Shown: one piece after another, positions 36,720 to 45,667 of the stretch
Layout: each line of letters opens with the position of its first letter
Position numbering within the stretch: position 1 is the stretch's first letter
From: an uncultured Brevundimonas sp.
Lineage (GTDB): Bacteria; Pseudomonadota; Alphaproteobacteria; Caulobacterales; Caulobacteraceae
Assembly: GCA_964456995.1 (NCBI GenBank)
Contig: CAYWDO010000005.1
Coordinates: forward strand, 2,813-49,414
Direction of reading: 5' to 3'
DNA: 46,602 nucleotides
Program-made: the position numbers and the translations under genes
The notes under the pieces: model-generated
Database searches by the model: none
Told to the model about the DNA's origin: nothing
The model's input: only the letters and a program-made list of their open reading frames with translations

Positions 36720-39344
36720 CTAGCGACGCTCAGCGGGTGTGAGGTGGTTGGATAAGAAGAGCGCATTGACCAAAAGGCGCTCTGTACCGAGCCAGTATTT
36801 GCGGTGCGCCGGGTCGTCGGCGAACAGGACGACATTGCCCGCGCCGTTGCGGGCGGTCTGGGCCCAGACCGCGCCGGACAGATTGCGACGCAGGCCGTCC
36901 GGCAGATAGCCGTTGATGCGCGGCGCGTCGTCGATGCGGACGACATTGGAGAAGGCGTCTGGGGAGGCGGGCAGGACCACATCCGTCTCCTTGCTGACGA
37001 AGAGGGCGCGCTGGGGCAGGCCGAAGGCGAGGGGGTGGGTGATGTCGGCGTCGGCCGAAACCGCATTGCCGGCGCTGCGTTGGTCGGCCAGGGCGTCGCT
37101 GCGTTCGGCGAAGTCGCGGCGCGTGTCGGTCTTGCCGATGGTGTCGGTTTGCGTTTCGGCCGCGGGGCCGCGAGGTGATGCGCCGGTAAGACCCTTGGCC
37201 AGGGCCCAGCGCGAGGCGCTGCCGTAGGTGACCAGCGAACCGCCGGCCTGGATCCAGCGGCGCAGGGCCTCGACCGAGCGTTCGCTCCAGTCGTCATAGC
37301 GCCCGCCCGACAGGACGATGCTGGTGTAAGGGTCCAGCGAAACCCGGCCGATCTGGGCGGAGTCCAGTCGCGTTGCGGGCCAGTTCAGGCGTTCGCTGAG
37401 GGCGAACCAGGTCGAGCCGATCTCGGTCGCGTTCACGCCCTCTCCCATGACCAGGGCGACCTTGGGCGCGCGGACCGGGCGGACGCTGTCGCTGCCGAGA
37501 TCGACGCCGGAGGCGCTCTGGCCCGTGCGAAGGGCGAAGGCGGTCACGCCGACTTCGCGCGCGGCCTCGTCGACGGCGGCGCGCAGGGCGGCGGCGTCCA
37601 AAGTCTGTCCAGCCGAAGCGATGACGAGCGTCCCGCGACCGAAGGCCGTCTGACCGGCGGAGGTGTCGGCGGTGAAGGGCTCGAAGGCGGTGCGCACCCG
37701 GACATCCCGGCGCAGCAGGGCCGCCAGCAGGCGTGGGGCGTTCAGGTCGCGCCAGTCGGCGACATAGGCATAGGCCTCGCTCTGGCCGGACACGCCGCCG
37801 ACAGCGGCGGGCGTTTCGGTGACGGCTTGTCCGAGGGCGGGCAGGCGTCGGGCGCCCGCCGCCGTCAGATTGTAGGCCGGGGCGATGGCGTAGGAGGTGC
37901 TGCCGTAAACCGCGCCCTTCACCGCAGGCGTTTCCTCGAAGATCGAATGGACCAGGCGGAACTGGAGCTGGGCCGAGGGCACGACATAGGCGCTGCCCGG
38001 CTGGAAGGTCTTGCCGTCGATGGTGACCGGCGCGGCCAGGGCGCGAACTTCGATCCTGTGCTGCAACAGCAGGTCCAGGGTCTGACGGGTCAGGCCCTGG
38101 TCGGCCGGATCGCCGAAGACGAAGCCGGCGTAGCGATGGCGGCGGCCCTCCTCGAACGCTGTGCGGAAGGTCGAGCGTTGCAGGTCGAACAGACCGGCCT
38201 TTTCCGCCACCGCGCCCCGGATGGTGGCCAGACCAACCTGAAGCTGGTTGCGGATGGTGAAGGGGAAGGTGAGCGGGCCGTTGGCCGTGTCCTGGACCAG
38301 ACCGCGCGAACTGGCCTGTTCGACCGTCACGCCCACGGCGCCGTGGAAGTCGGGATAGGTGGAGCCATAGACCGGCGAGAAGTTGTCGAAATTCTCGCGC
38401 GTGTAATAGAGCGAGCCGAGGTCATCGAGCGCCTTGGCGTGATAGCGCGCCAGCACGACGTTGAAGTCGTAGGAGGCCTTGGGCAGCAGGGGGCTTTCCA
38501 TGCTGGCCGGCGAGGGCTCGAAATAATAGGTGCTGCCCGCGCCCATCTCGTGGAAGTCGATCTGCACGTTCGGCAACCAGTCGTGGAAGAGGCGCAGCTT
38601 GGCCCGCGTCTCCTTCTGGGTGACGGCCAGCCAGTCGCGGTTCAGGTCGGTGAAGTAGTGGTTGGTCCGCCCGGCGGGCCAGGCCTCGACGTGCTCCTTG
38701 TCCAGCGGATCGGCGACGGCGGGATTGCTCTTCCAGGCGTTGTGCCAGTTGGCCGCGCGGTCGCGGCCATCGGGGTTCTGGGCCGGGTCGATCAGGACCA
38801 CGGCCTTATCCAGCCAGTCCAAGACTTCGGCCGAGCGGCTGGCGGCGAGGTAGTAGGCGGTCAGCAGGGCGGCCTCTCCGCTGGAGGTCTCGTTGCCGTG
38901 AACCCCGTAGTAGAGGCCGATCACGACCGGCGTCGTAGCCGGATCGGGCACCGCGGCCGAAGGGTCGGCCAGCGCCGCGTGCGCCAGACGCAACTGTTCC
39001 AGCCGCCCCTGGTTGGCGGCGGAGGTCACGAAGACCGCCAGCAGCGGGCGTTCCTCATAGCTGCGTCCGATCTCCTGAACGGTGATGCGATCCGACAAAC
39101 GGTCCAGTTCGCGCAAGTAGGCGACGACCTGATCGTGCCGGGTATAGTGGCTGCCGATCGGATAGCCGAGGAAGGCCTCCGGCGTCGGGATGGCCGGGTC
39201 GAGGTCGGCGGTGGTCGCCGTCTGAGGGAAGAAGTAGGCGGTCTGGGCCACGGCCGGCAGCGGCGCGGCCAGTAGCGCGGCGGAAAGGGTGGCGGCGGTC
39301 AGGACGGCCTGAACCGCGCGCTTGATCGTAGGGGAGGCGGACAT
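36720..39344 (-). CDS. Exported M14 family zinc carboxypeptidase
   Basis: Signal peptide; zinc ligands VHGNE and DFHEM; NPDGRDR and DLNRD. Confidence 0.88.
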   Translation of the reverse strand: MSASPTIKRAVQAVLTAATLSAALLAAPLPAVAQTAYFFPQTATTADLDPAIPTPEAFLGYPIGSHYTRHDQVVAYLRELDRLSDRITVQEIGRSYEERPLLAVFVTSAANQGRLEQLRLAHAALADPSAAVPDPATTPVVIGLYYGVHGNETSSGEAALLTAYYLAASRSAEVLDWLDKAVVLIDPAQNPDGRDRAANWHNAWKSNPAVADPLDKEHVEAWPAGRTNHYFTDLNRDWLAVTQKETRAKLRLFHDWLPNVQIDFHEMGAGSTYYFEPSPASMESPLLPKASYDFNVVLARYHAKALDDLGSLYYTRENFDNFSPVYGSTYPDFHGAVGVTVEQASSRGLVQDTANGPLTFPFTIRNQLQVGLATIRGAVAEKAGLFDLQRSTFRTAFEEGRRHRYAGFVFGDPADQGLTRQTLDLLLQHRIEVRALAAPVTIDGKTFQPGSAYVVPSAQLQFRLVHSIFEETPAVKGAVYGSTSYAIAPAYNLTAAGARRLPALGQAVTETPAAVGGVSGQSEAYAYVADWRDLNAPRLLAALLRRDVRVRTAFEPFTADTSAGQTAFGRGTLVIASAGQTLDAAALRAAVDEAAREVGVTAFALRTGQSASGVDLGSDSVRPVRAPKVALVMGEGVNATEIGSTWFALSERLNWPATRLDSAQIGRVSLDPYTSIVLSGGRYDDWSERSVEALRRWIQAGGSLVTYGSASRWALAKGLTGASPRGPAAETQTDTIGKTDTRRDFAERSDALADQRSAGNAVSADADITHPLAFGLPQRALFVSKETDVVLPASPDAFSNVVRIDDAPRINGYLPDGLRRNLSGAVWAQTARNGAGNVVLFADDPAHRKYWLGTERLLVNALFLSNHLTPAERR

Positions 39345-39376
39345 GGTGTTTCCGTGAACTGAGGGCGTGGGACGGA

Positions 39377-42034
39377 TCAGAAGCGAACGTCGAAGCCGAT
39401 GCGGAAATAGCGCCCGCGCAGGTCGTACTGGCCGAAGTCGTAGGGGGCGCGAACGCCGGGGAAGGAGGCGTCGATCGGCGGCGCTTCGTCCAGAAGATTC
39501 TCGACCTTGGCATAGACCGTCAGCCGCTCCAGACCAGACCAGCCGAGATAGAGGTCGAACTGGTTGTAGGCGTCGACCTCCGACTGAAGCGCCGCAGCGC
39601 TGATCTGGTCGTAACCGCTGGTGTAGTACCAGGTCAGGTTGGCGTCGAAGGCGTCGTTGCTCCAGGCCAGGCGCGTCGTGGCCTTGTCGGCGGGCAGGGT
39701 GCCGCCCCGGTTTGACCCGGCGTAGTCCAGCAGGGGGCCGCCCGCCGCGTTCGGTCGCTTGTATTCAAGGACGTGGGTGTAGGCGCTGGACAGGGTGAAG
39801 ACCCCCCAGTCGTCGGTGCGCCAACGCTGGCTGAAGTCCACGTCGATGCCGGAGGTCTCCAGCGCCGTCAGGTTCTGGTAGCGGTTATAGACGGCTTGCA
39901 GCTTGCCGCGTCCGTCGCGGATCACGTCGGCCGGATCATTGCCCTGGACGATGGCGGTGGTGTTGCCGGTGCCGATCAGGTTGTCGAGCTTGATCTGATA
40001 CCAGTCGATGCTCAGCACCGTGTCGCGGGTCGGGGTGAAGACGGCGCCGAGGTTGTAGGAACGGGTCTTCTCCGGCTCCAGATTGGTGTTGCCGACGGTG
40101 AAGAAAGTCGGGTTCTGGCGCGAGTTTGGCAGGTCGGGATCATAGGGGTCGATGACCGAGCCGTAGGAGATCATGGTCGAGGCCGAGTTTTCGGACAGCG
40201 ACGGCGCCCGGAACCCGCGCGAGGCCGAGGCCCGCAGCGCCAGCCAGTCCAGCGGCTTCCAGCGCAAGCCCGCCTTGGGCGAGAAGGCGCTGCCGAAGTC
40301 GCTGTATTCGTCGGCGCGTCCGGCGATCTGGACATCCAGGTTCGACAGGACCGGAATGTTGAACTCGGCATAGGCGGCCCAGACGTCGCGTTCACCGTCC
40401 ACGGCGGCGATGGCCGGGCGGACCTGCAGGCCGGCGTCGATCTGCCATGGATTGCGCGAGACCAGGCTTTCGCGGCGGAACTCCACCCCGGCGGCGTAGC
40501 CGATCTGGCCGGCGGGCAGGTTGAAGACCTCGCCCGAGACCTTGAAGTCGGCGCCGTAGAGCCGCGACTCGGCCGGACGCAGGGTCGACAGGCGGATGCC
40601 GTCCAGCACGGCCTGGGGCGTCGCGCCCGGATTGTGCAGGTTCAGCGTGCCGTTCGCCAGGGCGTCGGCCAGGGTCCAGCGGTTGGCGAAACCGCCCGAG
40701 ACGGTCTCTCGCTCGTTGCTGCCCGAAGCATAGACGGCGGCCTCCCAGTCGAGGCTGTCGTGGCGCCCGCGCACCCCGGCCAGGGCGCGATAGGACCGGG
40801 ACTCATTGGTCTTCAGCGTCCGCCCCAGATCGAAGAAGGTGTATTCGATCGGCGTGGCGCGGCCATACGGGTTGTAGGGGTTGTTGGCGGGCAGCAGGTT
40901 GGACACCGGCTCGGCCAGACCCGTCTGGGCGTTCAGGGCGAAACGGCCGCCCTCCAGCGTGAAGAAGGGGCTGGAGCCGAACAGGGAGGCCCCTTCGACG
41001 TAGGAATAGAGCACCTCGCCAAAGGCCTCGATCTCGGACGTCAGGCGCTTGGTCCCGAACAGATAGGCCTGATACCGATCCGTCGAAGGGATCAACGTCG
41101 TATGCGGCGCCAGGTTGATGGCGCAGGTGTCGCCCGCCAGACCGTCGATCGGCGCGCTGGCGGTCAGGACCATGCCTTCGGGGCACTGACCCTGGGGGTT
41201 CAGGAAGGGCACGGAGGCGCCGTTGACCAGGAAGCGGGCGCCCTTGGCTGACCAGCCGTTCCAGCGCCCGCCAGGCAGGCCGGTGTAGATGCCGGACTTG
41301 GTCAGTTCGCGCTGATCCTGATCCAGCCGGTTGCGGGTATAGCCTTCCAGCGAGAGCAGTATGTTGTAGCCGTCCGTCTCCAGATCGCCGTGGCCGACGA
41401 CCAGCTTGGCGGTTGAGGTTTCCAGCCCGCCCTGATCGGCGAGGCCGTGGCTGGCCCCGAACTCCAGGCCCTGGAAGTTCTGGCGGGTGATGATATTGGT
41501 CACGCCCGCCACCGCGTCCGAGCCATAGACCGCCGAGGCGCCGTCCTTCAGCACCTCCAACCGCTGCGTCGCCACCATGGGCAGGGCGTTCAGGTTGACG
41601 AAGGTGTCCGACAGGCCGCCGCCCGGGAAGCCGTAGTTGGCGACGCGACGACCGTTCAGCAGGACCAGGGTGTTCTTCTGCGACAGGCCGCGTAGACCGA
41701 TTCCCGCTGCGCCCGACGACCAGCCGCTGTTCTGGGTCTCGTTCGAGCCGTTGCCGGTGTTGGCCGAGATCGAACGCAGCAGGTCCGCCGTCGTCAACTT
41801 GCCCGAGGTCTCGATCTCCTCGCGGCCGATCACCTGAACGGGGTTGAAGCCCTCGGTGTTGGCACGGCGGATGTTTGAGCCTGTTACGACCACGTCGGAG
41901 ACTGAGTGAGCCGGAGCGACATCGGTCTCAGGTGTTAGATTTTCAGCGGATTGCGCCTGTGAAGCGCCGCAGGTTCCAGCAACGGAAAGAAAGGCGAGAA
42001 CGGTCAGGGATGGCCTGATCATGGGGTGCTGCAC
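39377..42034 (-). CDS. TonB-dependent receptor
   Basis: TonB box VVVTGSNI; plug motifs LRGL..KNTLVLLNGRR and EVLKDGASAVYGSDAVAGVTNII; C-terminal GRYFRIGFDVRF. Start 42034 or 42022. Confidence 0.93.
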   Translation of the reverse strand: MQHPMIRPSLTVLAFLSVAGTCGASQAQSAENLTPETDVAPAHSVSDVVVTGSNIRRANTEGFNPVQVIGREEIETSGKLTTADLLRSISANTGNGSNETQNSGWSSGAAGIGLRGLSQKNTLVLLNGRRVANYGFPGGGLSDTFVNLNALPMVATQRLEVLKDGASAVYGSDAVAGVTNIITRQNFQGLEFGASHGLADQGGLETSTAKLVVGHGDLETDGYNILLSLEGYTRNRLDQDQRELTKSGIYTGLPGGRWNGWSAKGARFLVNGASVPFLNPQGQCPEGMVLTASAPIDGLAGDTCAINLAPHTTLIPSTDRYQAYLFGTKRLTSEIEAFGEVLYSYVEGASLFGSSPFFTLEGGRFALNAQTGLAEPVSNLLPANNPYNPYGRATPIEYTFFDLGRTLKTNESRSYRALAGVRGRHDSLDWEAAVYASGSNERETVSGGFANRWTLADALANGTLNLHNPGATPQAVLDGIRLSTLRPAESRLYGADFKVSGEVFNLPAGQIGYAAGVEFRRESLVSRNPWQIDAGLQVRPAIAAVDGERDVWAAYAEFNIPVLSNLDVQIAGRADEYSDFGSAFSPKAGLRWKPLDWLALRASASRGFRAPSLSENSASTMISYGSVIDPYDPDLPNSRQNPTFFTVGNTNLEPEKTRSYNLGAVFTPTRDTVLSIDWYQIKLDNLIGTGNTTAIVQGNDPADVIRDGRGKLQAVYNRYQNLTALETSGIDVDFSQRWRTDDWGVFTLSSAYTHVLEYKRPNAAGGPLLDYAGSNRGGTLPADKATTRLAWSNDAFDANLTWYYTSGYDQISAAALQSEVDAYNQFDLYLGWSGLERLTVYAKVENLLDEAPPIDASFPGVRAPYDFGQYDLRGRYFRIGFDVRF

Positions 42035-42183
42035 CGCAATAAAAGTCGCAATTGGGCGCGCAATAAGGCACGGCAGAGCCAGCTTTATAATTTAGAAATT
42101 CTGATAGATCGAGGAGAAGGGTTGGCGCCAGGCGACCGTACCGCTCTCCAATTGGCATTCTTCAGGCGAACATCGTCCGGCTC

Positions 42184-43626
42184 CTAGGCTGCGCTGTAGC
42201 TGGTCTTGATCTGCGTGTAGAATTCCACGGCGGCGAAGCCCTGCTCCCGGGCGCCGTAGCTGGACTTCTTCGAGCCGCCAAAGGGGACGTGATAGTCGAC
42301 GCCGGCGGTGGCCAGGTTGACCATCGTCATGCCGGCCCTGGCGTTCCTCTGGAAGTCGCGGGCGTGTTTCAGCGACTGGGTGACAATGCCCGCCGACAGG
42401 CCGAACTCGACGCCGTTGGCGACGGCCAGGGCCTCTTCATAGCTGGCGACGCGGATGGTCGAGGCGACGGGGCCAAAGACCTCTTCGTTGTTGATGCGGG
42501 CGTCGGCGGCGGTGTCGGTGATCAGGGTCGGCTGGACGTACCAGCCCGGTTTGTCGAGGTTCAGACGCTCGCCGCCGGTGACGATCCGGCCGCCGGCTTC
42601 GCGGGCGATGTCGATGTATTTATAGGACGTCTCGCGCTGGGCTTCCGTCACCGCCGGCCCCATCTGGGTGTTGGGGTCCAGCGCGTCGCCGACGCGCAGG
42701 GCCGCGACCTTCTCAGCCAGAGCCTTCACAAAGCGGTCGTGGATGCCGTCCTGCACGATCAGGCGGCTGGAGGCGGTGCAGCGCTGGCCGGTGGCGAAGA
42801 AGCTTCCGTCCAGGGCGACAGCGACGGCGCGATCCAGGTCGGCGTCGTTCAGCACGATCAGCGGGTTCTTGCCGCCCATCTCCAATTGGACCCGCGCCTG
42901 GCGCTTCATCGCCCCCTCGGCCACGCCGGCGCCGACGGCCTGCGAGCCGGTGAACGAAATGCCATCCACGCCCGGATGGGCGACGATGGCGCGGCCGACG
43001 TCGCCGTCGCCGATGACCATGTTGACCACGCCCTTGGGCAGGCCCGCCTCATGCAGGACCGCGATCAAGGCCTCGGCCGTGGCCGGGGTCGGGCCGGCGG
43101 GCTTGATGACGACCGTGTTGCCAAAGGCGATGGCCGGGGCGATCTTCCACGCCGGAATGGCGATGGGGAAGTTCCACGGGGTGATCAGGCCGAAGACGCC
43201 GACCGCCTGGCGATAGGTCTGGATCTCGACGCCCGGCCGGGTTGAGGTCAGGTTCTGACCGTGAACGCGCAGGGCCTCGCCGGCGAAATACTTCAGGATG
43301 CGGCCGGCGCGGACCGTCTCGCCGATGCCCTCGGCCAAGGTCTTGCCCTCTTCGCGCGACAGCAGACGCCCGATCGTCTCGCGGCGCTCCATGATCAGGG
43401 TCCCGGCCCGGTCCAGGATGTCGAAACGTATTTCCGGCGAGACGTCGGCCCAACTGGGGAATGCCGCGCGCGCAGCTTGAACCGCCTGATCGACTTCGGC
43501 CGCCCCGCCCTTGGGCGTGCGCGCCACCACGTCGCGCGTGTCAGACGGATTCAAGCTCTCACCCGCCAGAGCGCCCGCGACCTTCTCGCCGCCAATCCAG
43601 TGCGAAAGTGTGAGCGTGTCGGTCAT
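42184..43626 (-). CDS. Aldehyde dehydrogenase, alpha-ketoglutaric semialdehyde dehydrogenase type (Caulobacter XylA-like)
   Basis: ITPWNFPIAIP, FTGS, LEMGGKN, GQRCTA, EEVFGP, GVDYHVPFGGSK.SSYG.REQG. Closely resembles, from memory, the Caulobacter Weimberg-pathway KGSA dehydrogenase. Confidence 0.85.
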   Translation of the reverse strand: MTDTLTLSHWIGGEKVAGALAGESLNPSDTRDVVARTPKGGAAEVDQAVQAARAAFPSWADVSPEIRFDILDRAGTLIMERRETIGRLLSREEGKTLAEGIGETVRAGRILKYFAGEALRVHGQNLTSTRPGVEIQTYRQAVGVFGLITPWNFPIAIPAWKIAPAIAFGNTVVIKPAGPTPATAEALIAVLHEAGLPKGVVNMVIGDGDVGRAIVAHPGVDGISFTGSQAVGAGVAEGAMKRQARVQLEMGGKNPLIVLNDADLDRAVAVALDGSFFATGQRCTASSRLIVQDGIHDRFVKALAEKVAALRVGDALDPNTQMGPAVTEAQRETSYKYIDIAREAGGRIVTGGERLNLDKPGWYVQPTLITDTAADARINNEEVFGPVASTIRVASYEEALAVANGVEFGLSAGIVTQSLKHARDFQRNARAGMTMVNLATAGVDYHVPFGGSKKSSYGAREQGFAAVEFYTQIKTSYSAA

Positions 43627-43869
43627 GGGGATGTCCTTCTGGCGTAGTCTTCACGGACAGCTCTACCGGGCTGATGAGCGGATGCGAACCCTCAAGAAAG
43701 TGTGGGGTAAGGGCATTCAGCCATTGAACGGGTTGCGGGCGGTCAAGCCCCACGCAGCATGGGGCGCGATCTGCTGCGTTTTAAGCCTGCTGATCGGCTA
43801 GTCGTTCGCCCTTTTTGAAGGCGGGTTGCATCCGGCGTCGAGGTTGACGGCCTCTCCACGAAGGATGTC

Positions 43870-44676
43870 GTGGTGGAAGGAACTGAAAATGCCCGCAGTA
43901 GCCGACGACTGGGTGATCAGATCATATGGGGGCAGGCGTCCATCGCCCAGCAAGAGGGACCGGACTGCCCGGCGAAGCCTTTGATCGACCGGCGCAGGGC
44001 CGCGGCTGAGTTGGCGGTCTTCGGTTCGCTGGCGTTCGTCCTGCGCATTGCCTTTGATCCCTTCTTCTGGCGTTTCGCAGGGCCGGTGTCGCTCATCGCG
44101 ACCTTGGTCTGTCTGGCCCTCTACCTGCGGAGACGCGGAGAGGGATGGTCGTCGTTCGGTCTGATCCCGCTCGAAGGCGTCAGGGCCAAGCTCATGGTCT
44201 TGCCGCAAGCCTTGCTGGTCTTCGCATTCTTCGCCGCCGCCGTCGCGGGCGTCCTGCATGGCGGCGAGGCGCTGGGATGGGACTTCATGAACGTTGTTCC
44301 CCAGGGCGTCGAGGATCGCTGGGGCGACGTCCAGGGCAATCTGCCGGTCTTCCTGTTATGGCTCGGGATTGTCTGGACGGCCGCGGCATTCGGGGAAGAA
44401 ATGTTTTTCCGGGGCTTTCTGGTGACGCGCGCCGCGGTCTTGTTTCGTGGAGCGCCGTTCGGGACGTTATTCGCGGTTCTGGTCGCTGCGATTTTGTTCG
44501 GCCTCGGACATTTCTACTATCAGGGGCTACGGGGACTGGTGATGACTACGGCTATCGGCATCGCGTTTGGAGCGGCGTTTGTTCTGACGAAGCGCAACCT
44601 CTGGCCGATCGTGCTGGTTCACGGCATCGTCGATACGATCACCTTCACAGCCTTGTACCTCGGGCTGGAGAACTAG
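43870..44676 (+). CDS. CPBP (Abi/CAAX) intramembrane glutamic endopeptidase
   Basis: AFGEEMFFRG, FGLGH, NLWPIVLVHGIVDT; multiple TM segments. Start uncertain. Confidence 0.85.
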   Translation: MVEGTENARSSRRLGDQIIWGQASIAQQEGPDCPAKPLIDRRRAAAELAVFGSLAFVLRIAFDPFFWRFAGPVSLIATLVCLALYLRRRGEGWSSFGLIPLEGVRAKLMVLPQALLVFAFFAAAVAGVLHGGEALGWDFMNVVPQGVEDRWGDVQGNLPVFLLWLGIVWTAAAFGEEMFFRGFLVTRAAVLFRGAPFGTLFAVLVAAILFGLGHFYYQGLRGLVMTTAIGIAFGAAFVLTKRNLWPIVLVHGIVDTITFTALYLGLEN

Positions 44677-44750
44677 AGTCTGTTGACGAAGCGATCTGAT
44701 CGCGAGCGCCGTCAGATTTCGCTTCTTGCCATCCTGCCCGCAAGTACAGA

Positions 44751-45524
44751 TCAGCTCGCGGGCGCCGCTGCCAGCCAGCCCTCTTCGCGAAGGGCTCCAA
44801 TCCGCGCACGCGAGACGGGAGCCTCCAGACCGCCGGTCAGACGCAGCCGCACCTTGCGACCGTCCTCGACCACGCCGGCGATGGCTGCACGCGCCACCCA
44901 CCAAGAGCGGTGGGTCTGCACCCCCTCCACATCCTTCAGTCCTGCCATCGCCTGGGACAGGGACATCAGCACCAGGGCTGAACCCTGCGGCGTGTGCACC
45001 CGGACATAGTGGTCCTCCATCTGCAGGCACAGCACGGTCCGTCCCAGCCGAGGCGGCAGCCGGTCACGCGGGTCGGCGGAGGACGTGTCGGGTCCTGCGT
45101 ATGCGGCCTCTCGAGATCGCGTGGCCCACATCATGCCCAGGGTCGCCAGGGTGCTGATCACCAGGCCCTGACCATACCATTCCAGCCAGCCGACCTGACC
45201 GACCACGGGCCACAGCCGGACCGCCAGCACCCGACTGAGCCCGGCGGGCAAAAGGGTCAGAACGGCGATGGCCGGCGGCGTCCACAGCCAGGCCGAGATG
45301 CTCCGAGCCTTCGCCCACCGTGTCAGGATCGGCAGGCTGACGCCGAACGCCAGCCATCCCCCCCACAGACAGACCACCCAATAGGCCGTGCGCACCGGCA
45401 ATGTCCCGCTCAGATAGCTGCCGAACGGACCGATCGCGCCCAGGGTCAGACCCACGGCGGTCGAGACGGCGAACCCCGCCGCCGCCGCACGCCATCGCCT
45501 GTCTTTCAGCCCCGTCGATTCCAT
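44751..45524 (-). CDS. Membrane-anchored LytTR DNA-binding regulator
   Basis: About 4 N-terminal TM segments (GAIGPFGSY), then LytTR domain LQMEDHYVRVHT...GVQTHRSWWVA...PVSRA. Start ATG 45524. Confidence 0.88.
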   Translation of the reverse strand: MESTGLKDRRWRAAAAGFAVSTAVGLTLGAIGPFGSYLSGTLPVRTAYWVVCLWGGWLAFGVSLPILTRWAKARSISAWLWTPPAIAVLTLLPAGLSRVLAVRLWPVVGQVGWLEWYGQGLVISTLATLGMMWATRSREAAYAGPDTSSADPRDRLPPRLGRTVLCLQMEDHYVRVHTPQGSALVLMSLSQAMAGLKDVEGVQTHRSWWVARAAIAGVVEDGRKVRLRLTGGLEAPVSRARIGALREEGWLAAAPAS

Positions 45525-45558
45525 TCCCCACCCTAGCAAGCGTTGCGGGCGATTGCAG

Positions 45559-45596
45559 CCGTTCGCCCGACCACGAACCCGTTCGCCCGTTCGCCC
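45559..45596. promoter_or_regulatory. Direct repeats, candidate LytTR binding site
   Basis: CCGTTCGCCC at 45559, 45579 and 45587, in the gap between the LytTR gene and the divergent hydrolase. Confidence 0.5.
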
Positions 45597-45667
45597 ATCT
45601 CGACTGGCGCAACGACTGGAAGCGGCCTCACAGAGCCTCATCACCCGCCGCTGAGAAAGCCCGTCCA

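Noticed and set aside
42066-42082. Sigma-54 promoter for the TonB receptor (TGGC...TGC on the minus strand)
   Set aside because: GG-to-GC spacing is one base short of the strict -24/-12 geometry.
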